This document shows positions 37,970-47,941 of a stretch of DNA of 64,000 nt, piece after piece. This DNA is from an uncultured Candidatus Saccharibacteria bacterium (GTDB lineage Bacteria; Patescibacteriota; Minisyncoccia; UBA6257; JACRHY01), in assembly GCA_964360035.1 (NCBI GenBank), contig CAYHUJ010000001.1:2176-66175 (forward strand), read 5' to 3'. The position numbers and the translations under genes were made by a program. The notes beneath the pieces are model-generated. The model ran no database searches. It saw only the letters and a program-made list of their open reading frames with translations, and was not told the DNA's origin. Positions within the stretch are counted from its first letter, which is position 1. Every line of letters begins with the position of its first letter.

Positions 37970-39722
37970 CGGGCACCGTGAAGTAAAAGGTGGTTCCGGC
38001 GTCGCCCGACTCAAACCATATCTTCCCTCCGTTCGCCTCCACCGCCGTTTTGGCGATAATCAGTCCCAATCCGGTTCCGACCGGATAAAGCTTGCGAGCC
38101 GTTTCGCCGCGGAAAAATTTGGTGAATATTTTAAATTGTTCCGCTTCCGGAATTTTCGGCCCCTGATTGAAAACGCTGATTAAAAATTCTTTTTGGTCGC
38201 CGGTCATTTCAACCGTGACGCGAACATTGGCGTCTTTTACTCCGTATTTTATCGCGTTATCCAGAATATTGTAAAAGGCCTGCTCTAAAAATCTTTTGTC
38301 AATGCTCGTTATTTTAACGGAAGGCTTGAAATCGTAAACTATCAGCTCGCGTTCTTCCAAGGAAAGGGCGACGATTAAGCTGGCGATATGTTCGCTCAAT
38401 ACGTCGTTGACGTTAACCGGCTGGGGATGAATGGCGACCCGGCCTTCTTCCATCGCGGAAATATTCGCGATGTCCTGGATTAAATTGGAAATTTTCCCGC
38501 TTATTTCGCCGATGGCGCGGATATTTTTTTTGTGAACTTCGCTCAACCCCTCGGGGTTTTCCAGCAAAGCGCCGATGTTCTGCTTGATTGTTTTTAAAGG
38601 AACCAGTAATTGGCTGGAAACGGCGCTGATGAAACCCGCCTTTATCCAATTGACGTACTCCAGTTCCTGGAGTTCTTTGAAAAGCGAGTCGGCCATTGCC
38701 TGAACGGCGCGATACAAATCGCCGATTTCCGCGTTATAACGGGAAATCGGCAAAACCTTTCGGTATTTTTTCTCGGCGATTTCTTTGGCCACGGCCGCCA
38801 GCTGCTCTATCGGCTCAATTATTGATTTGCGAATTACCCAAAGATTAATCAGTGAAGCGAGAATAACGAAAAAGAAAAGAAATCCCATTCGCTGAAATTG
38901 ATCAAGAATCACAAGAAAATTCGTAATCACAAGAAACGATCCCGGCTCCACCGTTGTCTCTCCTATAATTTGCTGTCCGTCCACGTAAGCTATGAACGAA
39001 AACGTTATTAAGAAAATAAGCGATTGCAAAAGGGAAAATTTGGCGGCGATGCCGAAAAAAGTTCTTTTGGCCGGCCGGTCATTGAACCAGACGCCGATTC
39101 CGCTTAAAATAAACAGAACCGCCAAAATAACCGCCATATAAGGAAAAGAAACGCCGAAACCGAAAGACTCCAAAAATGGCAAATGGCTCAAGCCGATGGA
39201 AAAAAGAGCCGTTAATCCTATCACGGACGTAAGCATTCCGAAAATTTCCGCCACGAAAACTCCCAAAAACGGAGAAGAAAGCAGAAGGATAAAAGCGCCG
39301 CCGATCAGCATAAAAGCGACGGTTGCCGCGAAAGCCATTCGGGTCGTAAAAAGCGACCAAACGCCGCCCAATTCCTCGTTTCCCAAAAGCTGGTCAATGT
39401 TCAAATCAATGCCGAAAATGAATTCAACGAAAGTCAGAAAACCGATCAAGAAAACGGTTAATGCCAGAATCCATAAAATCGTTCGGATAATGCCGCCTCG
39501 CGGGCGAATGGAATAAAGAACCAAAAAAAGACCGGTAAGCAGATGGCCGAAAGCGGCGTTTAAGCGGATGTATACCAGGATATTATTGTGCCAGGTCGTC
39601 AGAAAAAGCGTGCCAAGATAACGATCGATAAGCGCGGCGGCGGCAAGAATCATCACCACCGCTCCCGTCCAAAATCCGATCGTCTTGTCCAATTTAAATT
39701 TAATCGTGCCGTTATTCTCCAT
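37947..39722 (-). CDS. Sensor histidine kinase-like protein with a degenerate H-box (no phospho-acceptor His)
   Basis: Multi-TM N-terminus and a HAMP-like linker. The DHp segment reads FISAVSSQLLVPL where FxxxVSHELRTPL is expected. The CA domain has the N-box NILDNAIKY and G2 GTGLGL, but its G1 is weakened (FNQGPKIP). Confidence 0.75.
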   Translation of the reverse strand: MENNGTIKFKLDKTIGFWTGAVVMILAAAALIDRYLGTLFLTTWHNNILVYIRLNAAFGHLLTGLFLVLYSIRPRGGIIRTILWILALTVFLIGFLTFVEFIFGIDLNIDQLLGNEELGGVWSLFTTRMAFAATVAFMLIGGAFILLLSSPFLGVFVAEIFGMLTSVIGLTALFSIGLSHLPFLESFGFGVSFPYMAVILAVLFILSGIGVWFNDRPAKRTFFGIAAKFSLLQSLIFLITFSFIAYVDGQQIIGETTVEPGSFLVITNFLVILDQFQRMGFLFFFVILASLINLWVIRKSIIEPIEQLAAVAKEIAEKKYRKVLPISRYNAEIGDLYRAVQAMADSLFKELQELEYVNWIKAGFISAVSSQLLVPLKTIKQNIGALLENPEGLSEVHKKNIRAIGEISGKISNLIQDIANISAMEEGRVAIHPQPVNVNDVLSEHIASLIVALSLEERELIVYDFKPSVKITSIDKRFLEQAFYNILDNAIKYGVKDANVRVTVEMTGDQKEFLISVFNQGPKIPEAEQFKIFTKFFRGETARKLYPVGTGLGLIIAKTAVEANGGKIWFESGDAGTTFYFTVPVREPERK

Positions 39723-40335
39723 GTTGTTTTGTCAGATTAAAATGCTTTATCGTCTTGTTGGCGTAATGCCAATCAACGTTTTTAAAAAATGATTCCAGAT
39801 ACGCTTTTTTATTCGTTCCGTAATCCATAAAATAGGCGTGTTCATAAACATCAAGCGCCAGCAAAGGAATTGCCCCCCAAACGGCGCCGAGATTATGCCC
39901 GTCGGCGGCGTAATTGCGCAATTGGCCGTATTTCAGATCAAAAGCAAGTATTGCCCAGCCGCGGGCGCTCATCGCCGCCGCGATCATATTTTCTTTCCAG
40001 GCATCAAAAGATCCGAAATCCGCGCCGATTATTTCCGCGATTTCTCCCTTTGGCGTCCTTTCCCCCTCCGGCCTTAAAGGATCGGGACTTAACCCGCCGA
40101 AATAAACCTCGTGAAGCTTCATTCCGTTAACGGCAAAGGTTTCCTGTCGTTTTAGCTCGCCGACGGCGCTGTAAACTCCGTTCGCTTCCGATTTGTCGGC
40201 GGCCGCCAGCTTGTCGTTTATTTCGTTGGCTTTTTTGACGTAACCCTCGTAAAGTTTGTAATGCTCTATCAGAGATTTAAGGGTTAGTCCGTCAAGATCT
40301 CTGGTGAACTTCAGCGGTTCTGGTTCGTGCTTCAT
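39712..40335 (-). CDS. sodA: Fe/Mn superoxide dismutase
   Basis: DVYEHAYF and N-terminal H..K.H..YV patterns. Confidence 0.9.
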   Translation of the reverse strand: MKHEPEPLKFTRDLDGLTLKSLIEHYKLYEGYVKKANEINDKLAAADKSEANGVYSAVGELKRQETFAVNGMKLHEVYFGGLSPDPLRPEGERTPKGEIAEIIGADFGSFDAWKENMIAAAMSARGWAILAFDLKYGQLRNYAADGHNLGAVWGAIPLLALDVYEHAYFMDYGTNKKAYLESFFKNVDWHYANKTIKHFNLTKQHGE

Positions 40336-40381
40336 GGTTGATTCGCGTTTGATTTAAATATTATAACAAACCCGCGACGCT

Positions 40382-41734
40382 TCAGGAAGCGGGACGAAAA
40401 ATGATTATGACGCCGCTTACTTTTCCGCTTGGGTCAAAAATCGGCGCGGCGCTGTCGCTCAAGGAAATCTCTTTTTTGTCTTTGGTTATTAAAATGCTTC
40501 CATTCTCCATTTTGCGTCCTTCGCCGTAAAGCAGCGTTTCTTCTATAAAAACTATGTCTTCCTTGCGGTCATGCGCGCGAATCAACTTCATAATGCTGCG
40601 GAACGGCTTCCCCATCGCTTCTTCCTGCGACCAGCCGGTAATTTCGGAAGCGGCTTTATTCCACAGACAAATGTTCCATTCTTTATCTATCGCCAGAACG
40701 CCGTCGCCGATGCTTTCCATAAACACTTTTTCTCGCTGGCGGTAAAGATTAACGGCATAAAGGATGCGAAGGATGAAATAGGAAATCAAGAGATTGAAAA
40801 GCGTGACGACGGCGTAGACGATTAATAAAAACCTCAATTGAGCGTCGCGAGCGGCAAAAGCGACGGATGACGGCTGCTGGACGACGACTCCCCAATCGTA
40901 TTTCGCGACGCCCTCATAGGCGGCAACCAGTCCGTCATTTTTGGAATTGCCGGCTACGACGTCAATGCCGCTTTTTCCGGGATAAATTTTGGAAACCGGA
41001 AAAACGTTTGAAAAATCAACGATTTTTTCCGAAGAAGAAATTTGCGGATGCGCGACAATGTTTCGTTTTTTATCAACGAAATAAATAAGCGCTCCCGGTC
41101 CGACATCAATGTTTTTGCTCCACTCAAAAAAAACATCCGGCTTCATTTGAAGAAGGAGAATCCCGATCGGTTTTTTATTGTCGTCAAAAATCGGCGTCGC
41201 GATAGCGATGGCATTGTATTGCGATTTGGAATCGTCTTTGTGGATATAAACGTCGGAAACGCGCGGTTCCCATTTTTGAATCATTTCGCCGTACCAATCA
41301 TAGCTGGAAAAATCCCCCCCGATCGCTTTGGAAGAATCCGGCATTGCCGCCGTTACCGCGCCGGCGGGATCAAGAAGAAATATCCTGTCCACGACCGGAA
41401 AATCCATCGAGATGCTTTTTAAAACCCCCATCGCTTCTTTCGGCCTCCCCGCCTGTATTAATTGGCGAAAATATACCCGCGAAGCCAGCGAAACGCCGAT
41501 GTCCGTGAAACGCTCAAGTTTCTCGTAAGTCATAATGGCCGACAAATGCGCTATTGTCTGCCGGCGAGAAAGCGCGAGCTCGGTAAGCTCCCGGTTAGTT
41601 TGAACGTAATTATAAGAAATGACGAAAATTACGGGAGCGGTAAGAACCAAAACGCTTAAAAAATAAAAAATCCAGTATCCCCGGCGCGATTTTTCCAAAA
41701 AATCAACGATTTTATTTAAAATTTTGGTTTGCAT
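40382..41734 (-). CDS. Membrane sensor protein: extracytoplasmic Cache-like domain, TM segment, PAS domain; no output domain
   Basis: Two TM segments flank a roughly 250-aa periplasmic domain. The C-terminal PAS region reads SIGDGVLAIDKEWNICLWNKAASEITGW. Confidence 0.6.
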   Translation of the reverse strand: MQTKILNKIVDFLEKSRRGYWIFYFLSVLVLTAPVIFVISYNYVQTNRELTELALSRRQTIAHLSAIMTYEKLERFTDIGVSLASRVYFRQLIQAGRPKEAMGVLKSISMDFPVVDRIFLLDPAGAVTAAMPDSSKAIGGDFSSYDWYGEMIQKWEPRVSDVYIHKDDSKSQYNAIAIATPIFDDNKKPIGILLLQMKPDVFFEWSKNIDVGPGALIYFVDKKRNIVAHPQISSSEKIVDFSNVFPVSKIYPGKSGIDVVAGNSKNDGLVAAYEGVAKYDWGVVVQQPSSVAFAARDAQLRFLLIVYAVVTLFNLLISYFILRILYAVNLYRQREKVFMESIGDGVLAIDKEWNICLWNKAASEITGWSQEEAMGKPFRSIMKLIRAHDRKEDIVFIEETLLYGEGRKMENGSILITKDKKEISLSDSAAPIFDPSGKVSGVIIIFRPAS

Positions 41735-41843
41735 CTTTTAATCGGCGGATATTGGATTATTATACCAAATCGGCGGCGTTTACAACAGGCGTTATGCTGT
41801 TGATAAAATGCGGCAAAGCGGTTATGATTTGGTCGTTATTTTT

Positions 41844-41914
41844 TGCCGGGTCATCTAACGGTAGGATACATGACTCTGAATCATGTCATCTTGGTTCGAA
41901 TCCAAGCCCGGCAG
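41844..41914 (+). tRNA. tRNA-Gln (anticodon CUG)
   Basis: Cloverleaf folded by hand. Acceptor TGCCGGG/CCCGGCA with the U1-A72 pair typical of tRNA-Gln. Anticodon stem CATGA/TCATG with loop CTCTGAA. T arm CTTGG-TTCGAAT-CCAAG. CCA is not encoded. Confidence 0.7.
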
Positions 41915-42137
41915 CAAAATATAGCACGGCGAGATTTTACTGCGTATTTAGAACGCTCCCAAACTTCTGAACTTATTTTACCAAATCTGATACACAAATC
42001 CGAGAAAAGCGTTAAAAAATTATGGAAATTATGAGAAGTGAAAATCGCTACAAAAAATTAAGGAACAGTCCGTTTCCGTCACGTGGATGGTAAAGAAAAT
42101 TTAATCAGAGAATTCAGAAAGTTTTTATAAATCCCCA

Positions 42138-42464
42138 ATGGAAAACGCTTTACTCGAAACAACGTGTCCGGCTTGCCGCGCGCCCGTATCGGCGGCCGAG
42201 AATTTTTGTCCGCGGTGCGGGACCAAACTCAAAGAGCCGCCGCTTTCAATTTCCGCGGGAAAGCGGGCGTTTATTTATCTTTTCAGCTTCTTTCTTGCCC
42301 CGTTCGGTCTCGGTTACGCGTTTAAATATCTCAAACAATCAAATCCCGAAGCGCGGAGGGTCGGAATCGTCGTCGTTATACTGACGGCGCTCGCGATGGC
42401 GCTTATGATCTGGATTGCGAACGCGTTCTCAAACTGGGAGTATCAACTGCTTTACGGGTTTTAG
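42138..42464 (+). CDS. Zinc-ribbon (CPAC...CPRC) membrane protein
   Basis: N-terminal double CxxC motif, then two TM segments. Confidence 0.5.
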   Translation: MENALLETTCPACRAPVSAAENFCPRCGTKLKEPPLSISAGKRAFIYLFSFFLAPFGLGYAFKYLKQSNPEARRVGIVVVILTALAMALMIWIANAFSNWEYQLLYGF

Positions 42465-42521
42465 CCGCCGGCGCCGCTCCCCTCTTCCAAAGCCGGGTTT
42501 TTAGGCGTGGAATCCAAACCT

Positions 42522-42870
42522 ATGTTTATTGACGATGTAACCATCAAAATTTCGGCGGTTGAAACTCATCGCGACCGTCGGTTTTGTGGGATTGCCCAAT
42601 GCCGGAAAATCCAGCGCGCTGAATATGCTCACGCATGCCAAAGCCCGGGTGGCAAACTATCCCTTTACGACGCTTGAAGCGAACCTTGGCGCGTACTACG
42701 GGCTCATTTTGGCCGACATTCCCGGACTCATTGAGGGGTCGTCTTCCGGCAGAGGACTGGGCATAAAATTCCTGCGCCATATTGAACGCACGCGAATTCT
42801 TTTCCATTTTGTTTTTTCCGAATCTCCCGATCCGGAAAAGGATTATAAAACAATCCCCGCTTTGGCGGGG
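42522..42870 (+). pseudogene. obg: Remnant of GTPase obg: N-terminal 12 codons, a frame change, then G1-G3 motifs of the G domain; Obg-fold domain and C-terminus missing
   Basis: Frame 1 gives [12 protein letters not shown] (Obg N-terminus). Frame 2 gives [13 protein letters not shown]...YPFTTL...[30 protein letters not shown]. There is no NKxD G4 motif and the ORF ends prematurely. Confidence 0.55.
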
Positions 42871-42896
42871 ATATTATCGCAAACACTTCGGCAAGT

Positions 42897-43454
42897 TCAG
42901 TGCGGGCATTTTCCGTTTCTGACTTTTTCGGCGTTCGCCGCGTCAAAATTAAACGTCCGATGCATGAATTTTATGTCGTCGCTCATAATGGACGGTCCGT
43001 CAACGTGATCGGCGCCGCAAAGATGGCCGATTTCGTGAAGAAGCGTATAAGGCGTTCCCGGAACGGCAATGGTTGATATCGCGGCAAAATAGTGATTCTG
43101 ATAAGCCGCGCCGTTGTAATCGGTCGCCTTGCCGGTAAAACCGACGACAAAATCGACTCTTATCGCCCAAAACCGGCTTCTTAAATCCATCAGGAGGCTA
43201 AACAGCGATTTTGATTTCAACGGTCGCCATTCGGTGATTTCGGTAAGGACAATCCTTTTTCCGAATTGCCGTTCAAATTCGCGGCTTGCGACTTCAAATG
43301 CCGTTCGGATATGCGTTTCCCAATCGCCCCGGAAAAGAAAATACTCCTTATATTCCCGATCAACGGCCGCTTTCACCTCCAAAACTTTTCCCGAAGCGGA
43401 AGCGTCGGTCGTCAAAACCGCCAGTGTTAAAATAATCGCTGCCGCGAATTTCAT
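42897..43454 (-). CDS. Secreted zincin-like metalloprotease
   Basis: [11 protein letters not shown] (HExxHxxGxxH) motif and signal peptide. The ATG at 43454 has a GAAAGGGGG SD. Confidence 0.65.
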   Translation of the reverse strand: MKFAAAIILTLAVLTTDASASGKVLEVKAAVDREYKEYFLFRGDWETHIRTAFEVASREFERQFGKRIVLTEITEWRPLKSKSLFSLLMDLRSRFWAIRVDFVVGFTGKATDYNGAAYQNHYFAAISTIAVPGTPYTLLHEIGHLCGADHVDGPSIMSDDIKFMHRTFNFDAANAEKVRNGKCPH

Positions 43455-43591
43455 GGCAATCCCCCTTTCGGTTGTCAAAGCCGCCTTTTAAAAAATTCTC
43501 GCTCAATCATAACACGATGTTTCCGATTTACAAAAACGAAGACGGGCGTTAAACTCAAAAAAGCAGATTGAAACCTGGAAGGAGGCCCGCG

Positions 43592-44050
43592 ATGGATTTT
43601 CATTATAACGACAAGGTTTTGGACCATTTCAGCAATCCCCGCAATGTCGGCGAAATAAAAGACGCCGATGGCGTGGGGCAGATCGGCAACCCCGCCTGCG
43701 GAGATATTATGAAAATTTCCCTCAAGGTAGAAAAGCGGAAGTGTCCGCAATGCCAGGGAATGGGCGCGCCCAACGACATCCCCTGCGACTATTGCGCCGG
43801 CGGCGGCGTAATTGAAGTCGTCAGCGAAGCCAAATTCAAAACTTTCGGTTGTGGAGCGGCCATTGCCAATAGCTCAATGCTGACGGAAATGGTGAAAGGA
43901 AAGGAAGTTCAGGAAGCCGTGAAAATCAAAAGCGGCGACATCGCCGAAGCGCTCGGCGGACTTCCGCCTGTCAAAATGCACTGCTCCGCTTTGGCGGTGG
44001 ACGCGCTCAAAGCCGCTCTAAACGATTATCGCGCGAAACAACGGCGGTAA
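43592..44050 (+). CDS. iscU: Fe-S cluster assembly scaffold IscU/NifU-like, with a 24-aa four-Cys insertion
   Basis: GNPACGDIMKI, FKTFGCGAAIANSS and HCSALA motifs. An inserted EKRKCPQCQGMGAPNDIPCDYCAGGG lies between strands. GGAGG SD. Confidence 0.8.
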   Translation: MDFHYNDKVLDHFSNPRNVGEIKDADGVGQIGNPACGDIMKISLKVEKRKCPQCQGMGAPNDIPCDYCAGGGVIEVVSEAKFKTFGCGAAIANSSMLTEMVKGKEVQEAVKIKSGDIAEALGGLPPVKMHCSALAVDALKAALNDYRAKQRR

Positions 44051-44296
44051 ACCTCCACTTGGGAGAAAAACAGGGATAAAAAACCCCTCGGCTGGCAAGG
44101 CGTTCCCGCCGAGGAGCGAAATTATGAACGCCCCCCGAGTTGTCAAAAGACAGCTCGGGGATATTTTTTTTAAAAAAACCGGATTCTCCCGTCTCTTTCT
44201 TGTTTTTTTGCTTCTTCTTGATAAACAAGCTCTTCTCTGCTAATTTACGGACAGCACAAGGCGAACCTTTACAACCAAACAGAGGGAGGAAAAAAA

Positions 44297-45720
44297 TGAT
44301 TCATCCGGTCAAGCTTGCGGCCAAATTCACCGCCGCGGCGCTGATTACCGTTGTTTTCTGCGTTTTTCCCGTTTCGGCCCAAAGCGCCGCAAGCGGCGAC
44401 TGCGGAAACGTCGGCTTGTTCAAGAACTTCAAGCCGGCCAAAGGCGAGCTGGCAAAATTCAAAGAGCTGCTTCAGATGTTTGAATTGACGAAAGACGACG
44501 CTTACTACAAAGGCGCGAAGGTTTTCAACGACGGCCTTTCTTTCAACGTTTCCGTTGAGGGAGCGTCCTTTCCGGTGGTTCTTTACCAATACGCGAAAGA
44601 GAACGGGAAACTTGTCTATATTTCCGCCCGCGGCAAAGAAATACAGCCGGCCGGCGAGGAGGAGCGTCTTCAAAAGTGCTTTTCCGGACTGGTCAAAAAA
44701 GCGGTGGAGAACAATTACCGCGACCATAATTTCCGGCTGGCGGAAATCGCGGGTAAATATTTCAAACTGCCGCCCTCCGAAATGAACGCGGCCTTGCGAA
44801 AAGACACCGGCTACGGCGTTACTCTGGGCGAAGCGCTGAAACTCCAACCGATGGAGCGCCGCGATTTCGTTCCCAAAACGCTTTACGTCGGTTCGGTGGC
44901 CAGCGAACACGTTCTCGCTTACGCCTTTTTGAATTCGGGAATCGTCGTTTACGGTCTGCAGGGCGTTTTGTGGGACTATATCGTCGGCGAACCGCAGACG
45001 CTTCAGCACGAGCTGATTCACAAAAATCCGAAACTGCAGAGCATGCCGGCCGCGTGGCAGTTTGACGTTGAACTTTTCGCTTCGCTGGCGCCGTTTCTTG
45101 ACGCCGAATCGCCGGTGATGGATTTCATCAGTCACGGCTATTTAAAAACGGTCCGCGATATGGCGAAGGTTTATTTCGGTCTTGATACGGCGCAAATCCG
45201 GCGGGAAGTCATCGGCTACGATTACAACCGCCGCTTTGTCATCAATGAAGCGAAACTGAATAAATATTCGGCGCTGGCAAAGGAAGCATCCGCCGAATTG
45301 AAGCGAGCTTCGATTGAGCGTATTCTGCCGGAATTTTACGCCGACCTGCCTTTTTGGCTTGCCGTCAACAAGAAATTCAACGACCAATCGGCGGCCTTCA
45401 AGGTCCTGATGGCCCGCGATTACGAACCGACCATTCTGGGCGGTTACGAAAAAACGGCCGAATGGATTGAACGGAACGGCGAGGTTATCAGAAAAATCAC
45501 GCAGGAAGCGCTGAAAAAACTGGAAAACCCGCCCCCCTCTTCCAATGAAAACGGCGAAGAAGAGTGGCTGGCCGGTTTTCTCGGACTTGACCGCCGGCAG
45601 GCGGAGTTTCTGGCGGATTATCTGCGCCGGAAAAACGTTTCCGTGAAAGATTTTTCCGGCAATCCGGAAGAATTTTCCCGGAAAATCAACGAACTTATCG
45701 GAAAAGGAGAAAAACGATGA
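44297..45720 (+). CDS. Secreted hypothetical protein
   Basis: GAGGGAGG SD, signal peptide MIHPVKLAAKFTAAALITVVFCVFPVSAQSA. The ORF-track start at 44140 is an upstream extension. Confidence 0.55.
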
Positions 45721-47261
45721 AACGCGCGTTTGTTCTTTTCCTTCTTTTCTTGTCGGTCGCTTTGAGCGGTTGCGTCCAGACCTTCTATTCCTACGTGCGG
45801 GACGGCGCGAAAAAGGAAGGGATGACGCGCGACGAACAGGAAGTGGCGATGGCAATCGCCAACCGCGAAGCGCTGATGAAGAAAGGCAAGGAAGGGGTCT
45901 ACGAAATTGACAAAGGCCGGATGACACTTGACGACGTCGTCAAGAGCTTGAATCAGGCGCTGGCCGATCTGGAAGAAATCCAAAACGTCAAGGAAGACGG
46001 GTGGCAGAAATACAACGAAGCGCACGAGCTTTGGGACCATTTCAAAAAAGAAGAACGGATTTACCGCTTTTTGCGCGATTCCGCGAGGGCGCGACAGCTT
46101 CAGGCGCGTTTTCGTGAATTGATCGGCGAGTCCTCGGACGGCGGCGAACGCGGCAAAAAGAGCGCTTACGACCCCCGGTTGTTCATCGCCGAATCCGACG
46201 CGGAGACCTCGTTGAAATCGGAACGGATTGAGGACGCGAAATCAAGCGGCAAGCTGAAATTGACGCAGACGTTTCTCGTCTTTATGAACGATAAGTACGG
46301 CCTCAAGACGGTTGACCCCGGCGACCCGAACGACCCGAATAGGTTTCTTCTGAAGGAGCATGTTTGGGGGCTGGAAATCAAAACCTTCGCCATTATTAAC
46401 GGAGAGCCCATCAAGGCGGTGGCCAATGAATACATTGAGGGGACCCGCGTAGTTTTAAAACGCGGTTCCGCCGAGGATTTAACGGCCATCGTCCGCGAAT
46501 CGCGGCCGGCGCTGAAAATTTTTTCTTCCGCCAACCAGCGGCTGAACGTTGCCGTCGGCGATGCCGACAAGGAAAACGAGGTCGGTTTCGGAAAGCCCGA
46601 CTTCGTTGAGGCGGTCAGCGGCGTTCAAAGCGGTCACGATTTTTACGTTAGCCGGAAAGACCTGATAAACCGGCTGTTCCAAACGCCGATTGTGAAAGGG
46701 CCGCGGCCAAAGCGCGATCCGCCGCGGGTGGAAATCGCCCGCGTTTCCGGAACGACGACCGATATTGATTCGCGCTGGCAAAAATCCTCTTCTCCCGCCG
46801 GCTGGGCCGTGCCGTTTGAATACGCCGGACGGAATCGGGAGAATTACAACGTCAAAATCGTTTTTAAGGATGACGAGGGTTCTCTTAACGGAGGAAGAAA
46901 AATCTCCTACATCGTAAGAGAGTGGCATTCAACCGGCGATCATTTCAAACCGTCGGTCGGCGCGGTGATGGAATATTACCGGCCGAAACCTCCCTACGAT
47001 AAGGACGATATTTTGGAAGCCAAGGTTCTGCGGGAAGAAAGCACTAAAAAGCTGACCATCACCCGCCTTGGCGAACAGACAGTTACCGGATTCGTTTACA
47101 AGTCAAACATCTTCGCGGCCGACAAGCCCGAGATGATTGATTATTCGTACGGCAACCGGCGTTTCCGGATAGCTGACCGCGCTGGTAACGACGGTATTTG
47201 CGAATCCCGCAAGGAAATTGCCCGACCGACCGATTACAAGACCGGCGTTTACGAGGAGTAA
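45717..47261 (+). CDS. Hypothetical lipoprotein
   Basis: Signal peptide with lipobox LSGC; ATGA overlap with the upstream gene. Confidence 0.55.
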   Translation: MKRAFVLFLLFLSVALSGCVQTFYSYVRDGAKKEGMTRDEQEVAMAIANREALMKKGKEGVYEIDKGRMTLDDVVKSLNQALADLEEIQNVKEDGWQKYNEAHELWDHFKKEERIYRFLRDSARARQLQARFRELIGESSDGGERGKKSAYDPRLFIAESDAETSLKSERIEDAKSSGKLKLTQTFLVFMNDKYGLKTVDPGDPNDPNRFLLKEHVWGLEIKTFAIINGEPIKAVANEYIEGTRVVLKRGSAEDLTAIVRESRPALKIFSSANQRLNVAVGDADKENEVGFGKPDFVEAVSGVQSGHDFYVSRKDLINRLFQTPIVKGPRPKRDPPRVEIARVSGTTTDIDSRWQKSSSPAGWAVPFEYAGRNRENYNVKIVFKDDEGSLNGGRKISYIVREWHSTGDHFKPSVGAVMEYYRPKPPYDKDDILEAKVLREESTKKLTITRLGEQTVTGFVYKSNIFAADKPEMIDYSYGNRRFRIADRAGNDGICESRKEIARPTDYKTGVYEE

Positions 47262-47285
47262 AATACTCCTCGTAAATTAAAAAAG

Positions 47286-47337
47286 CCGAGCCCCCCGCGC
47301 TTTCTCCGAAAAGAGAAAACGCGGGGGCTTTTTATTG
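47286..47337. terminator. Bidirectional terminator between convergent genes
   Basis: GCCCCCCGCG...CGCGGGGGC stem flanked by an A-run and a T-run. Confidence 0.5.
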
Positions 47338-47910
47338 CAAATAAAAACGCCAGGGTTTTTTCGCCCAAATACCGGCGTATTCAACGCCGATGCGTCCGCC
47401 TCTTCCTATTCGGGAAGCGGGAATTTTGAAACCCCGGTCCTCCAGCCGGATATTTTCGTTTTTGAAAATACTCGTTTTATTAAATTTCTTGTCTATTTGA
47501 AGCAAGCGGCAAAGTTTTCCCGGTCCGTCCGCCTGTCCGGCGGGCGAACCCGCCTCCTTTTCGTTTCCTCCGCCGTCAAGCGGAACGGCGGCTCTGATTA
47601 AAACGGCCGCCGGAAACCCCTCCTTTTCCGTAACGATATTCAAACAATGATACATTCCGTAAATCAAATAAACATAAACTGTTCCCGGCGCGCCGAACAT
47701 CGGTTCGGTGCGGTTCGTCCGTCCGCGCGAAGCGTGGGAAGCGCGATCGCGCGGCCCGACATAGGCCTCCGTTTCCGTTATTTTCACCGCTATTTCCCTT
47801 TTGCCTATTTTTCTTATTAAAACTTTTCCGAGAAGATCCCGGGCGACCGCCAATGTCGGCCGATTAAAAAAAACAGCCGCGATTTTCTGCCTTTTTTTTG
47901 CGCGAATCAT
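47332..47910 (-). CDS. mpg: DNA-3-methyladenine glycosylase (Mpg/AAG family)
   Basis: ITETEAY.G..D.ASHA..G.T.R...MFG..GT.YVYL.YGM.HC.N pattern. Confidence 0.8.
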   Translation of the reverse strand: MIRAKKRQKIAAVFFNRPTLAVARDLLGKVLIRKIGKREIAVKITETEAYVGPRDRASHASRGRTNRTEPMFGAPGTVYVYLIYGMYHCLNIVTEKEGFPAAVLIRAAVPLDGGGNEKEAGSPAGQADGPGKLCRLLQIDKKFNKTSIFKNENIRLEDRGFKIPASRIGRGGRIGVEYAGIWAKKPWRFYLQ

Positions 47911-47941
47911 TCGTGAATTTTACGTTCAAAACCGAAGCGTT

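Noticed and set aside
41752-42034. ORFs 41752..41970 and 41843..42034
   Set aside because: They overlap tRNA-Gln and an AT-rich spacer, with no coding signal.
44140-44296. Upstream extension of the secreted-protein ORF to 44140
   Set aside because: A GAGGGAGG SD and a classical signal peptide start at the ATG at 44297.
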